In this document: piece by piece, positions 63,700-64,000 of the stretch
Layout of the letters: each line of letters opens with the position of its first letter
Numbering within the stretch: the first letter of the stretch is position 1
NCBI GenBank assembly: GCA_035084275.1
Contig: CM068748.1
Span: 11,160,001-11,224,000, forward strand
Reading direction: 5' to 3'
DNA from: Hydrolagus colliei
Lineage: Eukaryota
DNA: 64,000 nucleotides
Made by a program: the position numbers and the translations under genes
Notes under the pieces: model-generated
Told to the model about the DNA's origin: nothing
What the model saw: only the letters and a program-made list of their open reading frames with translations
Databases searched by the model: none

Positions 63700-64000
63700 A
63701 ATGTCTACTGTCCTGCTGCTCCGATCTCTCCTCAACCTCCCAGGCCTATCCTTCAGATTTACTAAACTGATGAGCAACCTAGACGGCAGGTTTGACCCAC
63801 AGCTGTCGTTCCCCACATCTGGCCCCTGACGATGACCGCCTTCCTCTACCTCCACCACATTTCCCTCTTTGGACTGTGCCTTATCCCAGATGCAGCCAAA
63901 AATCTTGTCCATGCTTTGTCACCTCCCGACTAGACTTCTCAAATGCCCACTTCACGGGTCTCCTCAGATCTACCATACAGGTTCCAGCTAATCCAAAATG
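63700..64000 (+). mobile_element. L2 LINE ORF2 remnant running off the window
   Basis: AAKNLVHA, TSRLDFSNA and FQLIQN motifs with frameshifts. Confidence 0.7.

Overview
Eukaryotic (vertebrate) genomic DNA. The repeats (Deu-domain tRNA-SINEs, L2, shark-type CR1 3' tail) suggest a cartilaginous fish; this is inference. Two spliced protein-coding genes lie head-to-head. (1) The 5' part of CCSER2 is on the minus strand: probable non-coding exon 1 and CpG promoter at ~26.2-26.3 kb, coding exons 12360-10938 and 10257-10049, with the remaining exons not found in the window. (2) A complete three-coding-exon NDNF-like gene is on the plus strand (57092-59567, 555 aa). The rest is AT-rich intron/intergenic DNA with many SINEs, L2/CR1 remnants, several non-autonomous DNA transposons (a young hAT nested in a SINE, pogo/Tigger-like MITEs) and G/C-skewed minisatellites around the CCSER2 promoter. 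I see no prokaryote-type system and nothing I can defend as a wholly new biological system. The best leads are a divergent NDNF paralog next to CCSER2, a candidate alternative first coding exon of CCSER2, a foldback Tigger derivative, a minisatellite-carrying hAT element and the skew-flipping promoter architecture. All homology calls are from memory of the families, not from database searches, and repeat boundaries without TSDs are approximate.
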